This document shows, piece after piece, positions 1 through 11,372 of a stretch of 54,410 nt of DNA (positions are counted from its first letter, which is position 1; every line of letters begins with the position of its first letter). Made by a program: the position numbers and the translations under genes. Under the pieces are notes generated by a model. That model did no database searches, was not told where the DNA came from, and saw nothing but the letters and a program-made list of their open reading frames with translations. The stretch comes from a virus. Lineage: Duplodnaviria; Caudoviricetes. The stretch is from the IMG/VR virus record IMGVR_UViG_3300029266_000978, positions 1 to 54,410 of that record; one strand, 5' to 3'.

Positions 1-1
1 A

Positions 2-3000
2 TCATCTATTCCAACACTTGGAATAATAGACACAACTAATAACGCTAAATTTGTTGCTTATGTTAGAGATTCTGATGCTACTATAGGCACGGAAACAAAC
101 CACCCATTAACTATAAATACTAACAATTCAGAAAGAATGCGAATCCTTTCTAACGGTATGATTGGTGTTGGAACGACTAGTCCTACTACAAGATTAACAA
201 TCAATGGAGACCATAGTGGTAATTTAGCTGCTAGAATGAATATTTATTACCCAGGATCACAAGCTGATAGAAACGCTTATTTAGACATGTGGGCTTCAGA
301 GCCAGGCGTTAGCTATAATGGTTCTGGAATAGGTAGTAATATTCTTGGAACACCATATTATGGTAAAAAGACATCCGTACAAGGAATGGCTTACATTAGA
401 TTTCTTAGTGGTACTATTGGGCTTTGGACGGGTACAGTAGCGAATACAGTTGCTACTGAAAGAATAAATATTAGTGATCAAGGATCTATAAAGTTTAATG
501 CTTACTCAGGTACCGCTAAAACAGGTACTCCAACATACGTATTAGGTACGGACGCATCAGGTAATGTTGTTAAAGTATTAGGTGGTAATATACCAGGCGG
601 TGGTGGTACAGTTACTGGAACAGGTGCTGCTACAAGAGTCGCTTTTTGGAGTGGAACTTCTTCTTTAAGTTCAGATTCTAATTTATACTGGGACAATACA
701 AATGATAGATTAGGTATTGGAGGTGGTACGCCTATAGATAGACTGCAAGTTTATGGTGGTAATAATACAGGTATAACAATTTCTTCTAGCGGTTATGTTG
801 CTAACGCAGGTTCTATGCTAAGGTTTAGAAATGGTAATTCAGAAGAACTTGCGGGAATAAAAGGTTCTTTTGAGCAATCAAATCAAGGGAATTACGGAAA
901 TTTAACATTTCTTACTAGAACAACAGATGCTTTAGGTCTTGAAGAAAAAATGCGTATCACCTCAGGTGGTAATGTTGGTATCGGAACGACTAGTCCTAGT
1001 AGTAAATTACAATTAAAAGGTGATTCAACATATTTAGAGGTTAGAGCAGCTGATAATAGTCAAGCGGTGCAATTAGGTACGGATGGCTCAGGAGACGGTT
1101 TACTTCAACTATATAGCGACGCGGGTGCTGTAAAGATTAAACTATATGGTGAAGCGGCTAGTCCTAGTTTTATTAATGCTGGTAATTTCGGTATTGGGAC
1201 AACTGCTCCTACTCAAAAATTACACGTTGTAGGTAATGTTTTCTTAAGTGCTAATAATGCGTATATAGCAAGCTACGATAATACTACCAATTATCAAGGT
1301 ACTATGAGATGGGCAGGTTTGCAACTGGGAAACAATGGAGCAAATAGAATAGTAGCAGGTAGAACAAACGCAGGAGGTTCATTTCAGTTTTGGACTAATA
1401 ATACTAATGACGCTTCTGATTACACAGTAACTCCAAACGGTGTAATGACTATGTCTATGCTTAATACAGGTAACGTTGGTATTGGGACAACTGCTCCTGC
1501 TGAAAAACTAGTAGTTGTTGGTAACTCAATTACACTTAGCAAAACTAGAGGTCTAGGAACAAACTATGCTACATCAGAAGGATGGGTTGCAAGTTCGGTT
1601 GGCACTTTTACTAGTCAGACTGGTTACTTTACTGGTAGTTTTAATACTATTGGTGGTAGTGCAGAAAACAAAATAGAATATGATATTGGACCATTTGGTT
1701 CAAGAGAACTTGTTTGGATGACAGTACCTGAAACTATCAGCAATGATGATGGTGGTTGGAATAAATCAATGACTGGATTTAATAATTCCGCTAATAACGG
1801 AATGATGTCTGTTGTTTACATGAGAAGAGATGCAGGTACTCCAGCTGGTAATTTTTATCATGGTTGTAGTGGTAGTAATACTTTAAATTTAGATGGATCA
1901 GTAAACGGTAATCCTTACTTTTGCGCATTTGGAATAAGTGTTCTTCCAGCTGATGTATGGTGTGTTTCTATAGGTATAATATATGCAACTAATGACGCTA
2001 ACACTACAGCTTCTTCTTTAACTGGTACTTATAGATTAGATACTGGTGAAAAAATACATAGTGGAACTACTTACAGACAAAAAAGCTCGTTTGCTAATCA
2101 AGAGCAAAGAGTTTATCATTACTATTCAACAAGTCCTAGTGCGCAATTAGATTTTGCAAGACCAGGGTTTTATATAATAGATGGTTCAGAACCTACGCTA
2201 AGTGAAATAACAGCTGGAGCCGCAGGTGGTAGTGATGTTTTTTGGAGTGCAAATGGTAATAATATATATAATGACAATTCTGGTAACGTTGGTATCGGAA
2301 CGGCTAGTCCTAGTGCTAAGTTAAATGTTGTTGGCACTGCTACATTAAAAGATAGTGCTTCTCAAATTACCGTAAATAATGCTGCATATACAGAAATGCA
2401 ATATGGGTCTTCAAATTATTTTAGAACTGACGGAAGCCAAGCTATAATTAACGGCCCTATTATTACTTTTAAAATAGGGGCAATAGAAAAAATGCGTGTT
2501 AATTCTAATGGTAACGTTGGTATTGGAACGACTAGTCCACAACAAAAACTTCACGCAGACGGAAATACTCAGTTAGGTAGAAATGGAAATAACACTGCAG
2601 GCGATCCACAAAAAACTATAATATCTGGCCAAGGAATAGAAGATGTATCTACTGGTAATTTTTACGGTTCTTATGGATTTTTAGAATTAAGTTCAAACAC
2701 TAATTACACAGGAAGCGCAAGGAGATTTGCAATAACAAATGGGCTTCTAGCAAACAAATTTGCTATAATCCGAAGCGATAGTGGTATGGCTACCATGCAA
2801 CTTGGCGTTGCTGGCGCGGTACCTACTGGAGCTACAGCTGATTTTGTTATTGATAATTCAGGTAAGATTGGTATTGGAACGACTACTCCTAATGATAAAT
2901 TAAATATACATAGTCCCACGGCTAGTGCTAATTTAGGTTTAAAAATTACTAGAGGCTCACAAACACACGGATTAAGATTAGGTGTTAATGACTCACACGC

Positions 3001-6000
3001 TTTTTTATGGACAACAGAAAATCAAGATTTAGTATTTGCTACAAATGACTCACAAAGAGTAGTAATACAAGCTGGCGGTAACGTCGGTATTGGAACAACT
3101 ACTCCTGCCAATAAGCTTACAGTTAATGGTACTATAGAGTTAACCACGGTGGGAAATGCTGTTGCTTTTGCAACGTCAGGAGCAGCGGCTTCAAATGGAA
3201 TTAAAACAGTAAATAGTTTTGAAACTGTTATATATAATGGTAGAGGGTCTGCAGGATTTGCAGTTGTTGGAAATTCTGATATTAGATTAGGTTTTGGAAC
3301 AGCGTATACAGCTGCTCAAACTACACTAACGCTAAAGCCCACTCAAGACGCAACTTTTGCAGGTAATGTTGAAACTAATAAAAATATATTTCAAGACATA
3401 GGAAGTAGAGGTGGATATATAATGAGACCTTGGGGAGCCGATTACTTAAACTCTACTGTAGACGTTCACACAGGGGCTATAAAAATAATATTGCCTACTA
3501 CTGGTAATATGGACGATATGCTAAAGTTCACTGTAGATATTTATCAATATCGAAACGGTGAATCTACAAGTGTTGATGTAGCTGGATATATATATCAAGC
3601 ACCTGGTAATAACACTTGGATAAATTGTACAACTATTGTAAACGCTAAAACTGCAGGAGAAAACTATACGGTTAGATATGGTGATGATGGAACCAATCAT
3701 TGCGTATGGATTGGCGAGCTTAACTCAACTTGGAATCACCCACAAGTAATTGTAAGAGATTTCTATGGAGGGTTTTTAACAGATACAAATGCATACTTAT
3801 TAGAATGGGATATTGAGTTTGAGGCAACAGCTTTTGAAGATGTTAATGTAACTCAATCAAATAACTTTCCTATGTCTTCAGGTGGAGTTAGTGGAGCTTT
3901 CTTACCACTAGCTGGTGGAACAATGACTGGCGCTACTTTACATGGAGATAATGTATTATCAAGGTATGGAACCGGCAACGATTTTTCCATTTATCATAAT
4001 GGAACTGATGGATATTTACAAAACGAAACAGGAAATTTAATCATACCAAACGGAAACGTTGGTATTGGAACATCAGCACCTAGTGAATTAGTTAATATAT
4101 TAAAAAACAATTCTGGTGGTGGGGCAAACGGACAAACTTCAATTAAAATTGGGGGGGCTACTAATTATCCTAGTTTAGAATTTGGAATTATTAATAGCTA
4201 CGATGGGATGATTAGAACTTATGGTAATGACTTAGCTATATATGCAGGTCATTGGAGAACTATAGGTGCTGTAGCAAGTGAAGATCATCAAATAAAATGG
4301 CATACTAGTAAAAATGGATCTGCTGACTGGTCAACTCCTAAAATGTACTTAGATCATAATGGGAATCTTGGTATTGGTACGACTAGTCCTGTGTCTACGT
4401 GGTTAAGCGGTTTTGATCCAGCTACAGGAAACGGTACTTTTAAATTAACTTCGGAAGGTTGGATAGTAACTCCTTATAGAACTGGTTTAGCAGGGTATTT
4501 TCCTGGGCAAGGAGCAAGACCTATAGTATGGGCTGATAGTGCTGGTACAAATATTCAGTCTTGGGACAACGGTGCAACAGATGGAGTTAGTATAAGATCT
4601 TCAAATAAATCAGTTAGACTTTTTGTAAGAGAAGATGGTAACGTTGGTATTGGGACAACTAGTCCTTCATCTAAATTAGAAATTTCGGGATTTCCTACTG
4701 CACAAGGATTAAGATTAAATTACGGTAATTCTTCAGGTACTGTTGAAGCTATAAACTTTCAAGCTAACGGTGGAGCAAATGGTGTAATTGGTATGCAAAT
4801 GGTAAGCTCCAATGTAGGTGATTTATGGTTAGGCGGGTCAGCAGGAAGAACATTAACTTTATATAGAAACGGAACCGTTGGTATTGGAACGTCTACTCCT
4901 GCTACAATATTACATGTAGCTGCCGCGAATGCTGTATTAAGAATTGAAGCTACAACAAATGGCCAGAACTGTAGTACATGGTATAAAGCAAATGGAGATA
5001 ATCAATGGGAAACTGGTTGTAATATAGGTGCTGGTACAGATTATCAAATTTATGATCGTCTTAACAGTGCTTCAAGAATGGTTGTTGGCCATAATGGTAA
5101 TGTAACAGTTCCTGGTAAAATAGGTATTGGAACAACTAATCCTGCAGTTGCGTTAGCGGTTGAAGGCCATATAAGATCTATCAATGATAATAGTGGTGAT
5201 TTTCTTGACATATTTTGTGATGGTGATGGAACAGGTAATTCTATTATTAAAACCAGCGCAAATCAGTTAATGCTTATACCACAAACTGGTGTTCTAAACG
5301 TTCAAGGAGAGAATTATGGCTCAGGTACTAATGCTAAAATAGAAATTTTTAATGCTCTTAATGCTGCTGTTAAAGTTAGCTTAAACAGCTCTGGTGATTC
5401 TTATCTTAACGGTGGTGATGTTGGTATTGGGATAACTAATCCTAGTTCTAAATTAGAGGTAGCGGGTTACATAAAAACTAGTGACGGAAACAAAGGAGCT
5501 GCGGCATACACCTTTACAACGGCCGCAAACACGGGAATGTTTAGAGATGGCGGTGCTTTAGCTTTTACAGTTGGAGGAACACAAACCGTATCTATAAACG
5601 CAGGTACAATGGGCGTTGCAGGTAGCCTTATTGTTGGAACAACAGCTTCCATTCCATCAGGAGTTAAATTTAAAGTAGATGGAGTTTCGCTAATTGAAGA
5701 CAGTCCTGGTGTTGCAGATTTTTATTTAGGAAGCTATGCAGGTACTAATCACTTCAGATTCCATACAAACAATTCAGATACTTATTTTGATATGAATTGT
5801 GGTAATTTATATTGGAGAGACGGAGGTTCTACTAGATATACTTTCTTCCCTTCAACTGCTAACATGACTGTTAATGGTACAATAACCCAGAACTCAGATA
5901 TAAGAGTTAAGGAAAATATAATTGAAATAGGTGATTGTATTAGTAAAGTTCAAGCCATGAGAGGTGTTTACTATAATAGAACTGATTTTAACACAGAGGC

Positions 6001-6193
6001 TACTAAAGTTGGTGTTATAGCACAAGAAGTTGAAGCTGTTTTACCAGAGCTTATAGTAGAATCACCTGAAGACGGACTTAAGTCTGTGGCTTACTCAGAA
6101 CTAACAGCTGTGTTAATAAATGCAATAAAAGAACAACAAGAAATTATAGAAGATTTAAAAACAAGAGTAAAACAATTAGAAATTAATAATTAA
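2..6193 (+). CDS. Long tail fibre with repeated [10 protein letters not shown] modules and C-terminal intramolecular chaperone (peptidase S74-like); 5'-truncated by the window
   Basis: The frame is open from base 2 to the ATG at 137. It has about 15 G(N/K)(V/I)GIGTTxP repeats and a C-terminal SDIRVKENI...GVIAQEVE...VAYSEL...coiled coil typical of S74 auto-cleaving chaperones. Confidence 0.9.
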   Translation, partial: SSIPTLGIIDTTNNAKFVAYVRDSDATIGTETNHPLTINTNNSERMRILSNGMIGVGTTSPTTRLTINGDHSGNLAARMNIYYPGSQADRNAYLDMWASEPGVSYNGSGIGSNILGTPYYGKKTSVQGMAYIRFLSGTIGLWTGTVANTVATERINISDQGSIKFNAYSGTAKTGTPTYVLGTDASGNVVKVLGGNIPGGGGTVTGTGAATRVAFWSGTSSLSSDSNLYWDNTNDRLGIGGGTPIDRLQVYGGNNTGITISSSGYVANAGSMLRFRNGNSEELAGIKGSFEQSNQGNYGNLTFLTRTTDALGLEEKMRITSGGNVGIGTTSPSSKLQLKGDSTYLEVRAADNSQAVQLGTDGSGDGLLQLYSDAGAVKIKLYGEAASPSFINAGNFGIGTTAPTQKLHVVGNVFLSANNAYIASYDNTTNYQGTMRWAGLQLGNNGANRIVAGRTNAGGSFQFWTNNTNDASDYTVTPNGVMTMSMLNTGNVGIGTTAPAEKLVVVGNSITLSKTRGLGTNYATSEGWVASSVGTFTSQTGYFTGSFNTIGGSAENKIEYDIGPFGSRELVWMTVPETISNDDGGWNKSMTGFNNSANNGMMSVVYMRRDAGTPAGNFYHGCSGSNTLNLDGSVNGNPYFCAFGISVLPADVWCVSIGIIYATNDANTTASSLTGTYRLDTGEKIHSGTTYRQKSSFANQEQRVYHYYSTSPSAQLDFARPGFYIIDGSEPTLSEITAGAAGGSDVFWSANGNNIYNDNSGNVGIGTASPSAKLNVVGTATLKDSASQITVNNAAYTEMQYGSSNYFRTDGSQAIINGPIITFKIGAIEKMRVNSNGNVGIGTTSPQQKLHADGNTQLGRNGNNTAGDPQKTIISGQGIEDVSTGNFYGSYGFLELSSNTNYTGSARRFAITNGLLANKFAIIRSDSGMATMQLGVAGAVPTGATADFVIDNSGKIGIGTTTPNDKLNIHSPTASANLGLKITRGSQTHGLRLGVNDSHAFLWTTENQDLVFATNDSQRVVIQAGGNVGIGTTTPANKLTVNGTIELTTVGNAVAFATSGAAASNGIKTVNSFETVIYNGRGSAGFAVVGNSDIRLGFGTAYTAAQTTLTLKPTQDATFAGNVETNKNIFQDIGSRGGYIMRPWGADYLNSTVDVHTGAIKIILPTTGNMDDMLKFTVDIYQYRNGESTSVDVAGYIYQAPGNNTWINCTTIVNAKTAGENYTVRYGDDGTNHCVWIGELNSTWNHPQVIVRDFYGGFLTDTNAYLLEWDIEFEATAFEDVNVTQSNNFPMSSGGVSGAFLPLAGGTMTGATLHGDNVLSRYGTGNDFSIYHNGTDGYLQNETGNLIIPNGNVGIGTSAPSELVNILKNNSGGGANGQTSIKIGGATNYPSLEFGIINSYDGMIRTYGNDLAIYAGHWRTIGAVASEDHQIKWHTSKNGSADWSTPKMYLDHNGNLGIGTTSPVSTWLSGFDPATGNGTFKLTSEGWIVTPYRTGLAGYFPGQGARPIVWADSAGTNIQSWDNGATDGVSIRSSNKSVRLFVREDGNVGIGTTSPSSKLEISGFPTAQGLRLNYGNSSGTVEAINFQANGGANGVIGMQMVSSNVGDLWLGGSAGRTLTLYRNGTVGIGTSTPATILHVAAANAVLRIEATTNGQNCSTWYKANGDNQWETGCNIGAGTDYQIYDRLNSASRMVVGHNGNVTVPGKIGIGTTNPAVALAVEGHIRSINDNSGDFLDIFCDGDGTGNSIIKTSANQLMLIPQTGVLNVQGENYGSGTNAKIEIFNALNAAVKVSLNSSGDSYLNGGDVGIGITNPSSKLEVAGYIKTSDGNKGAAAYTFTTAANTGMFRDGGALAFTVGGTQTVSINAGTMGVAGSLIVGTTASIPSGVKFKVDGVSLIEDSPGVADFYLGSYAGTNHFRFHTNNSDTYFDMNCGNLYWRDGGSTRYTFFPSTANMTVNGTITQNSDIRVKENIIEIGDCISKVQAMRGVYYNRTDFNTEATKVGVIAQEVEAVLPELIVESPEDGLKSVAYSELTAVLINAIKEQQEIIEDLKTRVKQLEINN

Positions 6194-6203
6194 ACAAAAA
6201 CAA

Positions 6204-6578
6204 ATGGCAATTACTTACAAATGGGATATCCCACAAATGAACGCTCACATCCAAGCAGAGGGTGAAGACAATGTAATCTACACAGTACACTGGAGATACA
6301 CCGGCTCTGAAAAATCAGAAGGTAAAGATTATTCCTCAACACAAATTGGAACACAAAGTTATACTTATACATCTGGAGACCCTTTTGTACCTTATGCAGA
6401 TACTGAAGCTTTTGAAGCTATAGTTATTGGATGGTTAGAAGGATCATTAGATGTAGATGCAATGAAAGCTAGCATAGCTGCAACCATAGCGATTGAGATA
6501 GCTCCAGTAAACGAAGACTTGTATTTTACATGGATGAATCCAACTCCTCCGGTGCCACCACTTAATGACGAGGAATAA
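6204..6578 (+). CDS. Small tail-fibre-associated protein
   Basis: 124 aa, acidic, directly after the fibre. The VHWRY...FVPY...VIGWL pattern is typical of genes following such fibres. Confidence 0.55.
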   Translation: MAITYKWDIPQMNAHIQAEGEDNVIYTVHWRYTGSEKSEGKDYSSTQIGTQSYTYTSGDPFVPYADTEAFEAIVIGWLEGSLDVDAMKASIAATIAIEIAPVNEDLYFTWMNPTPPVPPLNDEE

Positions 6579-6579
6579 C

Positions 6580-6594
6580 ACGTAATAATAAAAC
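6580..6594 (+). promoter_or_regulatory. Candidate phage late promoter (ACGTAATAATAAAAC)
   Basis: Identical intergenic 15-mer at 32983-32997, with looser copies at 13708 and 19677. Confidence 0.55.
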
Positions 6595-6646
6595 CATAAC
6601 CTGCTCGGGGTAGAGCAAACCTAATGTCAAATTAAACCAAAACCAA

Positions 6647-6937
6647 ATGACACTATTTTACCAGACTAATTCGTGGGGTAGTCAGCCACAACCAACTGAG
6701 GACAGAACAAGTCTTTGGAAACACATTGCTAATAAAAAGAATTGGCGTATTGTGGAATTAATAAACGGTTACTTTCAAACAGAATATCAAGATGAAAACG
6801 ATTTTGATAGATGGCATGATGTAACTAGGAGGGAAGATCTTAAAGATGCTGAAGAAGCAATAGATCAAACTGTTAAGCATTACGCAAAAAAAGTCGAATT
6901 TCTTAACGGGCCAAAAGTAGTAAAAACATTTAAATAA
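6647..6937 (+). CDS. Hypothetical protein leading the chaperonin operon
   Basis: 96-aa ORF with an A-rich leader (TAAACCAAAACCAAATG), immediately upstream of groEL. Confidence 0.7.
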   Translation: MTLFYQTNSWGSQPQPTEDRTSLWKHIANKKNWRIVELINGYFQTEYQDENDFDRWHDVTRREDLKDAEEAIDQTVKHYAKKVEFLNGPKVVKTFK

Positions 6938-6961
6938 AATAATCAAATTAAATCTAATTAA

Positions 6962-8515
6962 ATGCAATATAATAATCCTAGTGAGATAGTTAAAACTCTT
7001 ACATTCGGAAAAGAAGCGAATGACCAAATAATAGCAGGTGTCGAAAAGTTAGCAAACGCAGTAAAGTCCACATTAGGGGCTTCAGGAAAATGCGTAATTT
7101 ACGAAGACTCTGCAGGAAAACCGGTAATTACAAAAGACGGAGTAACCGTTGCAGAAAGCGTAGTCTTATTACATCCGGTTGAGAATATAGGAGCGACCCT
7201 TATAAAGCAAGCAGCAAGAAACACTGTAAGAGAAGCAGGTGACGGTACAACAACATCTACCGTCCTTGCTAACTCTTTATTAAAGATTACAAACAAACAT
7301 TTAGATGAAGAAAAAGTTAGAGAACTTAAAGCAGGCATTATTAGCGGTGCTGACAAAGTTAAAATATATCTTGATAAAACCAGTACTGTTGTTAAAGGCG
7401 CGATGTTACAAAACGTCGCTATCATTAGCTGCAATAACGATAAAGAACTTGGAACCAAAATTGGCCAAGCTTATGAGCAAGTTGGAAAGAATGGAGTTGT
7501 ATTAATGGAAGAATCCGAAACGAATGAAACTTATGTTGATTTTGTTGAGGGTGTACAATTTGATAGTGGATTAAAGTCTACTCATTTAATAACAGACAAA
7601 GACAAGCATACAGCTGTTTTAGACAACCCTTACGTACTTATTGTTTCTTCTCCTATTCCTAATATAAGAAAGATACAAAGTATCTTAGAACACGTTATAA
7701 AGGAAAAAAGAAGTTTACTTATAGTTGCAGATATGGAACAACAACCATATGCTACATTATTATCAAATAAGGTAAAAGGAAATATAAAAGTAAACATTGT
7801 AGATGTACCAGGTTTTGGATTAACAAGACAAGATACTATGGATGATTTAGCTATTCTTACCGGAGCCATTATAATGAACGAAGAATTAGGTGATGATTTA
7901 GATTTAATTAATCCTGAGGTATTAGGTAGCGTTAAGAAATCTGTTACAGATGAAAAGTCTACAGTATTACAAATTGAAGCTTCTGATGATGTTACTGAAC
8001 GAATAGCTGAAGTAACTAAAAGTATAGAGAATGAAAATAATCCATTCTTTAAAAAGAAATTAGAACAACGCTTATCAATGCTATCTGGACAAGTTGGCAT
8101 TATATATGTAGGAGCTGATACAGAAATAGAATTAAAAGAAAAGAAAGATAGAGTAGAGGATGCAATTCATGCAACCAAAGCGGCTTACAAAGAAGGTATT
8201 GTTGCAGGAGGTGGAGTTGCTTTATTAAATGCTGCCATGTCTATTAAGCCAAAAAACAAAGGAGAAGAGATTCTTTTGGAATCAATTAAATCACCTTATT
8301 ATACTATTTTAGATAATGCGGGTATTGTTGAGATTAAAAAACAAACCATAAAGAATAGGGGTATTGATGTTAAGACTGGCAAAGAAGTTAATATGATTAA
8401 AGCCGGTATTATAGATCCAGTGTTAGTTACTAAGTCTGCTCTTAAAAATGCAGTAAGTGTAGTAACAACTATTGTATCTGCCGATTGTGTAATTAGTAAT
8501 AAAAGATTAGCATAA
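6962..8515 (+). CDS. groEL: Phage-encoded GroEL-like chaperonin
   Basis: Motifs ITKDGVTVA, AGDGTTT, KEKKDRVEDA, GIVAGGG and GIIDP; 517 aa with no GGM tail. Confidence 0.95.
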   Translation: MQYNNPSEIVKTLTFGKEANDQIIAGVEKLANAVKSTLGASGKCVIYEDSAGKPVITKDGVTVAESVVLLHPVENIGATLIKQAARNTVREAGDGTTTSTVLANSLLKITNKHLDEEKVRELKAGIISGADKVKIYLDKTSTVVKGAMLQNVAIISCNNDKELGTKIGQAYEQVGKNGVVLMEESETNETYVDFVEGVQFDSGLKSTHLITDKDKHTAVLDNPYVLIVSSPIPNIRKIQSILEHVIKEKRSLLIVADMEQQPYATLLSNKVKGNIKVNIVDVPGFGLTRQDTMDDLAILTGAIIMNEELGDDLDLINPEVLGSVKKSVTDEKSTVLQIEASDDVTERIAEVTKSIENENNPFFKKKLEQRLSMLSGQVGIIYVGADTEIELKEKKDRVEDAIHATKAAYKEGIVAGGGVALLNAAMSIKPKNKGEEILLESIKSPYYTILDNAGIVEIKKQTIKNRGIDVKTGKEVNMIKAGIIDPVLVTKSALKNAVSVVTTIVSADCVISNKRLA

Positions 8516-8772
8516 TGCAAGCAATCAATTATTTTTTAATTATAGAAAAGATCAAAGAAGCTCCGAAGAAAGTAGGAGGTATTGAATTGACAGAAAAGCA
8601 AGATAGCGACGTTAGATATTTAAAAGCTAATGTAATTAGTGTAGGAGATAAGATTGAAGGCATTAAACCCGGTGCTTCTATAAGGTACGATAAACACGCA
8701 GGTCACGGAATAGAATGGAATGACAAGCTTTATTATGTTATTAAAGTTAGCGATGTAGTTATTGTAGAATGA
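8515..8772 (+). CDS. groES: GroES-like co-chaperonin
   Basis: 85 aa with KKVGGIEL mobile loop and ANVISVG; TAATG overlap with groEL. Confidence 0.9.
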   Translation: MQAINYFLIIEKIKEAPKKVGGIELTEKQDSDVRYLKANVISVGDKIEGIKPGASIRYDKHAGHGIEWNDKLYYVIKVSDVVIVE

Positions 8773-9209
8773 GGTTAACGCCTACAGATCTAAGAGAAAT
8801 AAATTTATTTAAGTATTACAGGCTTGTCAGACGATGGGCTTGTAAAACTTATAATTTAAAAGATGCAGACTTAGAGCTGTTAGTTTATCTAGACTGCAAA
8901 GAATTTTTTACTCGCAATGATTTTATAAACGGTATATACACATATACCTGGGATAAAAACAGATGGGAAAGATTAAGAAGAAAAGGATGGATCGATGTAT
9001 TTAAAGAACGTAATAGAACTACTTCTAAATATGCGGTATATAAAGTTTCTTTAAAAGGTAAACATTTAATAAGTAGAATATATAGAATATTATTAGCGGA
9101 AGAAGATTTACCTACATCGGCTAGAAGTGTTTTTTATAACAATAAAACATATACAGACAAAGTTTTTAACAAGGCTATTGATGATATGATAAGAGATAAA
9201 GATAGATAA
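8769..9209 (+). CDS. Hypothetical protein, possible winged-helix DNA-binding protein
   Basis: Basic 146 aa; RLRRKGWI...YKVSLKGK resembles a MarR-like wing; coupled to both neighbours. Confidence 0.5.
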   Translation: MRLTPTDLREINLFKYYRLVRRWACKTYNLKDADLELLVYLDCKEFFTRNDFINGIYTYTWDKNRWERLRRKGWIDVFKERNRTTSKYAVYKVSLKGKHLISRIYRILLAEEDLPTSARSVFYNNKTYTDKVFNKAIDDMIRDKDR

Positions 9210-9589
9210 TGGATTTTAAATTAAAAGATTTTTCAGAACTTGTTGGTATAGACAAAGAAACTTCTACATATAGTACTCCTGTATTTAAAAAAGACTTGGA
9301 TGGAACTATAATGGGTGAAGCTAATAATGATGGAACAATCTTTATTGACAAATCATTAAAAGGTAAAGACAAGACAGAAGCAGTTGAACATGAAAAAGTT
9401 CATTTAGATCAAATGGCTCAAGGTAAACTTCAGTACACTAATGACACTGTTACCTGGAAAAAAGATACGAAATCACCGCCTAGAGTATATAAAAGAGAAG
9501 GTGGAATGTTAATAGACGAAAAAACAGGTGAAAGCGCAGAAGAAGGTGGTGCTTTTGAATGGGAAGACGAAGCATATAATAAAAAATAA
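9209..9589 (+). CDS. Putative zincin metallopeptidase
   Basis: HEKVH (HExxH) preceded by GEANNDGTIFID, with a downstream WEDEAY glutamate. Confidence 0.6.
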   Translation: MDFKLKDFSELVGIDKETSTYSTPVFKKDLDGTIMGEANNDGTIFIDKSLKGKDKTEAVEHEKVHLDQMAQGKLQYTNDTVTWKKDTKSPPRVYKREGGMLIDEKTGESAEEGGAFEWEDEAYNKK

Positions 9590-9590
9590 T

Positions 9591-9914
9591 ATGGCAATAA
9601 ACTCACAAATTAAAGCAAGATCCATAACTAGCAAAGCATCAAGTGCTTGTAAAATAAATATGGGATTAGTAAACGGGGAAAACATGATGCGCAATCATTC
9701 CGATCATAAAAATTATGCAGCTTTAACTGCAAAGAAATTTGATATTGGAGGTGGAGACACAACAATAGATAGGGAAATAACAATAGGTACTGGTACAGAA
9801 AGCCCTGAAGACAAAGCTAAACGCGAAGCCGCAGAAAAAGCAGCAGCAGCAGCAGCAGAAGCAGCAAAAGAAAAAAAGAAGCAAGAAGATCAAAAAATAA
9901 CTATAAAAGAATAA
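9591..9914 (+). CDS. Hypothetical low-complexity protein
   Basis: The ATG at 9591 lies one base after the upstream stop; Ala/Lys/Glu-rich C-terminus. Confidence 0.65.
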   Translation: MAINSQIKARSITSKASSACKINMGLVNGENMMRNHSDHKNYAALTAKKFDIGGGDTTIDREITIGTGTESPEDKAKREAAEKAAAAAAEAAKEKKKQEDQKITIKE

Positions 9915-9918
9915 CTAA

Positions 9919-10941
9919 ATGAACTTACCTATAACTAGCAGAATAAAGCGAAGCCCTTTATTGATTGACCCTAATGAAAAAAATAAAACTGAAGTTGCGG
10001 TAAAGACGAAGACTTCTACAACTCCTGATACAGAAGAAACTATAACAACTACAAAGGAAGATCCAAACTTAACATCGTTTAAAGACAAGTGTGGAAAATT
10101 TGGAGGTAAAAATTCCGAAACTGCAGCAAAGGCCGGTTGTGTATGGAAAGATGATGCTAAAGATCCTGAGGATATAACAACTACTGAAACTAAAATAGTG
10201 CCAGGTGAAAAAGTTACTACTAAAGGTAATAATTATTCTAAGCAAACTCAAACTAGATTAGGTCCTGCTGATATTTTAAGAAATCAAAGAAGCAACAAAA
10301 GATCTAGTAAGTACGTTAGACAGTCTCAGGATGACATGGACAAGTACGATAGAAAAATGTCTAAGTATGGTGCAAGAAATGCTGAGGGAGTGTTTGTCGC
10401 AAGAGAAGGATTAAGTAGCTATCAAAAGAAAAGACTTGGAAAGCATACATCCAGATATAATGAATCTAAAAACAATAATACAAATGCTAAAAATTCAGCA
10501 AGTAGAGTTACTGAAAGTCAAGCGTCTGGAAAAGTAATAGGTGGAAGTATAAGAAGATCAGATGATCGTATAAATTCAATGGGTGATTACTCCAATGAGG
10601 AGCAAGATAAAATGAATGCGGACAACGCTGCAGCTACTGCTGAAGCTCAAGCAAATACACCTGATATAACTGTTGGCAATGATACGAAATCTAAATCCGC
10701 AGATAGTGCAGTAGAAGTTACTGATAGTGCTCCTCCTGTTGCACCATTAGGAACTGAAAAAGTAGAACAAGGAGTTAAAAAAGTTGATACTACGTATAAA
10801 GAAGCTGGTGCTCCTAAAATGAAAAAAGATTCTCCTTATAGAATGATGGGCAATAATCCTGTATCATCTAATAGAGTTAAGTCTAGACAAAACTTTACTA
10901 AATCGCCTTATCAAATGAGAGGCTCAATGTTTAAAAAATAA
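9919..10941 (+). CDS. Hypothetical charged, probably disordered protein with SP motifs
   Basis: 340-aa ORF with PITSRIKRSPL N-terminus and SPYRM/SPYQM near the C-terminus. Confidence 0.7.
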   Translation: MNLPITSRIKRSPLLIDPNEKNKTEVAVKTKTSTTPDTEETITTTKEDPNLTSFKDKCGKFGGKNSETAAKAGCVWKDDAKDPEDITTTETKIVPGEKVTTKGNNYSKQTQTRLGPADILRNQRSNKRSSKYVRQSQDDMDKYDRKMSKYGARNAEGVFVAREGLSSYQKKRLGKHTSRYNESKNNNTNAKNSASRVTESQASGKVIGGSIRRSDDRINSMGDYSNEEQDKMNADNAAATAEAQANTPDITVGNDTKSKSADSAVEVTDSAPPVAPLGTEKVEQGVKKVDTTYKEAGAPKMKKDSPYRMMGNNPVSSNRVKSRQNFTKSPYQMRGSMFKK

Positions 10942-10943
10942 AT

Positions 10944-11210
10944 ATGAAATCAGCACCTGTAAAAATAAAAAACGCAGCATACGAAAAATCAAATCGTAAA
11001 ATGCGTAAAGAAAACCCGGGAATGGGTGAAAGATTAACAAGTGGTACTAATTCTAGAAGAGTAAGTTTTGCTTGCCGATTTGCAGGAATGGCCGGAGCTA
11101 TGAAAGATAGTAAAGGTGAACCAACAAGAAAAGCTATGGCTTTAAAGAAATGGGGTTTTGGTAGCGTTGGCGCTGCTTCAAGCTTTTGTAATAAAAATAA
11201 AAAGAGTTAA
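10944..11210 (+). CDS. Small basic phage protein (RRxSFxxRxxGM type)
   Basis: 88 aa, RRVSFACRFAGM...ALKKW, a motif recalled from widespread phage hypothetical proteins. Confidence 0.65.
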   Translation: MKSAPVKIKNAAYEKSNRKMRKENPGMGERLTSGTNSRRVSFACRFAGMAGAMKDSKGEPTRKAMALKKWGFGSVGAASSFCNKNKKS

Positions 11211-11211
11211 A

Positions 11212-11367
11212 ATGAGATCAAGAGGGCTAGGAGACACGGTGGAAAAAATAACTAAAGCTACAGGTATAAAAACTGTTGTGGATTTGGTATCAAAAGGATT
11301 AAACATTCCATGTGGCTGCGATGCTCGACGTGATTTATTAAATAAAACAGTACCATATAAAAACTAA
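11212..11367 (+). CDS. Small phage protein (SxGLGDT...CGCxxRRxxLN type)
   Basis: ATG at 11212 one base after the upstream stop; 51 aa containing CGC. Confidence 0.7.
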   Translation: MRSRGLGDTVEKITKATGIKTVVDLVSKGLNIPCGCDARRDLLNKTVPYKN

Positions 11368-11372
11368 AAACA

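Noticed and set aside
1-6193. CRISPR array or diversity-generating retroelement in the repeated fibre DNA
   Set aside because: The repeats are in-frame protein motifs with long coding inserts. No cas gene, reverse transcriptase or adenine-specific TR/VR pair was seen.
9836-9868. GCA trinucleotide run
   Set aside because: Encodes a simple poly-Ala helix with no sign of a phase-variable role.
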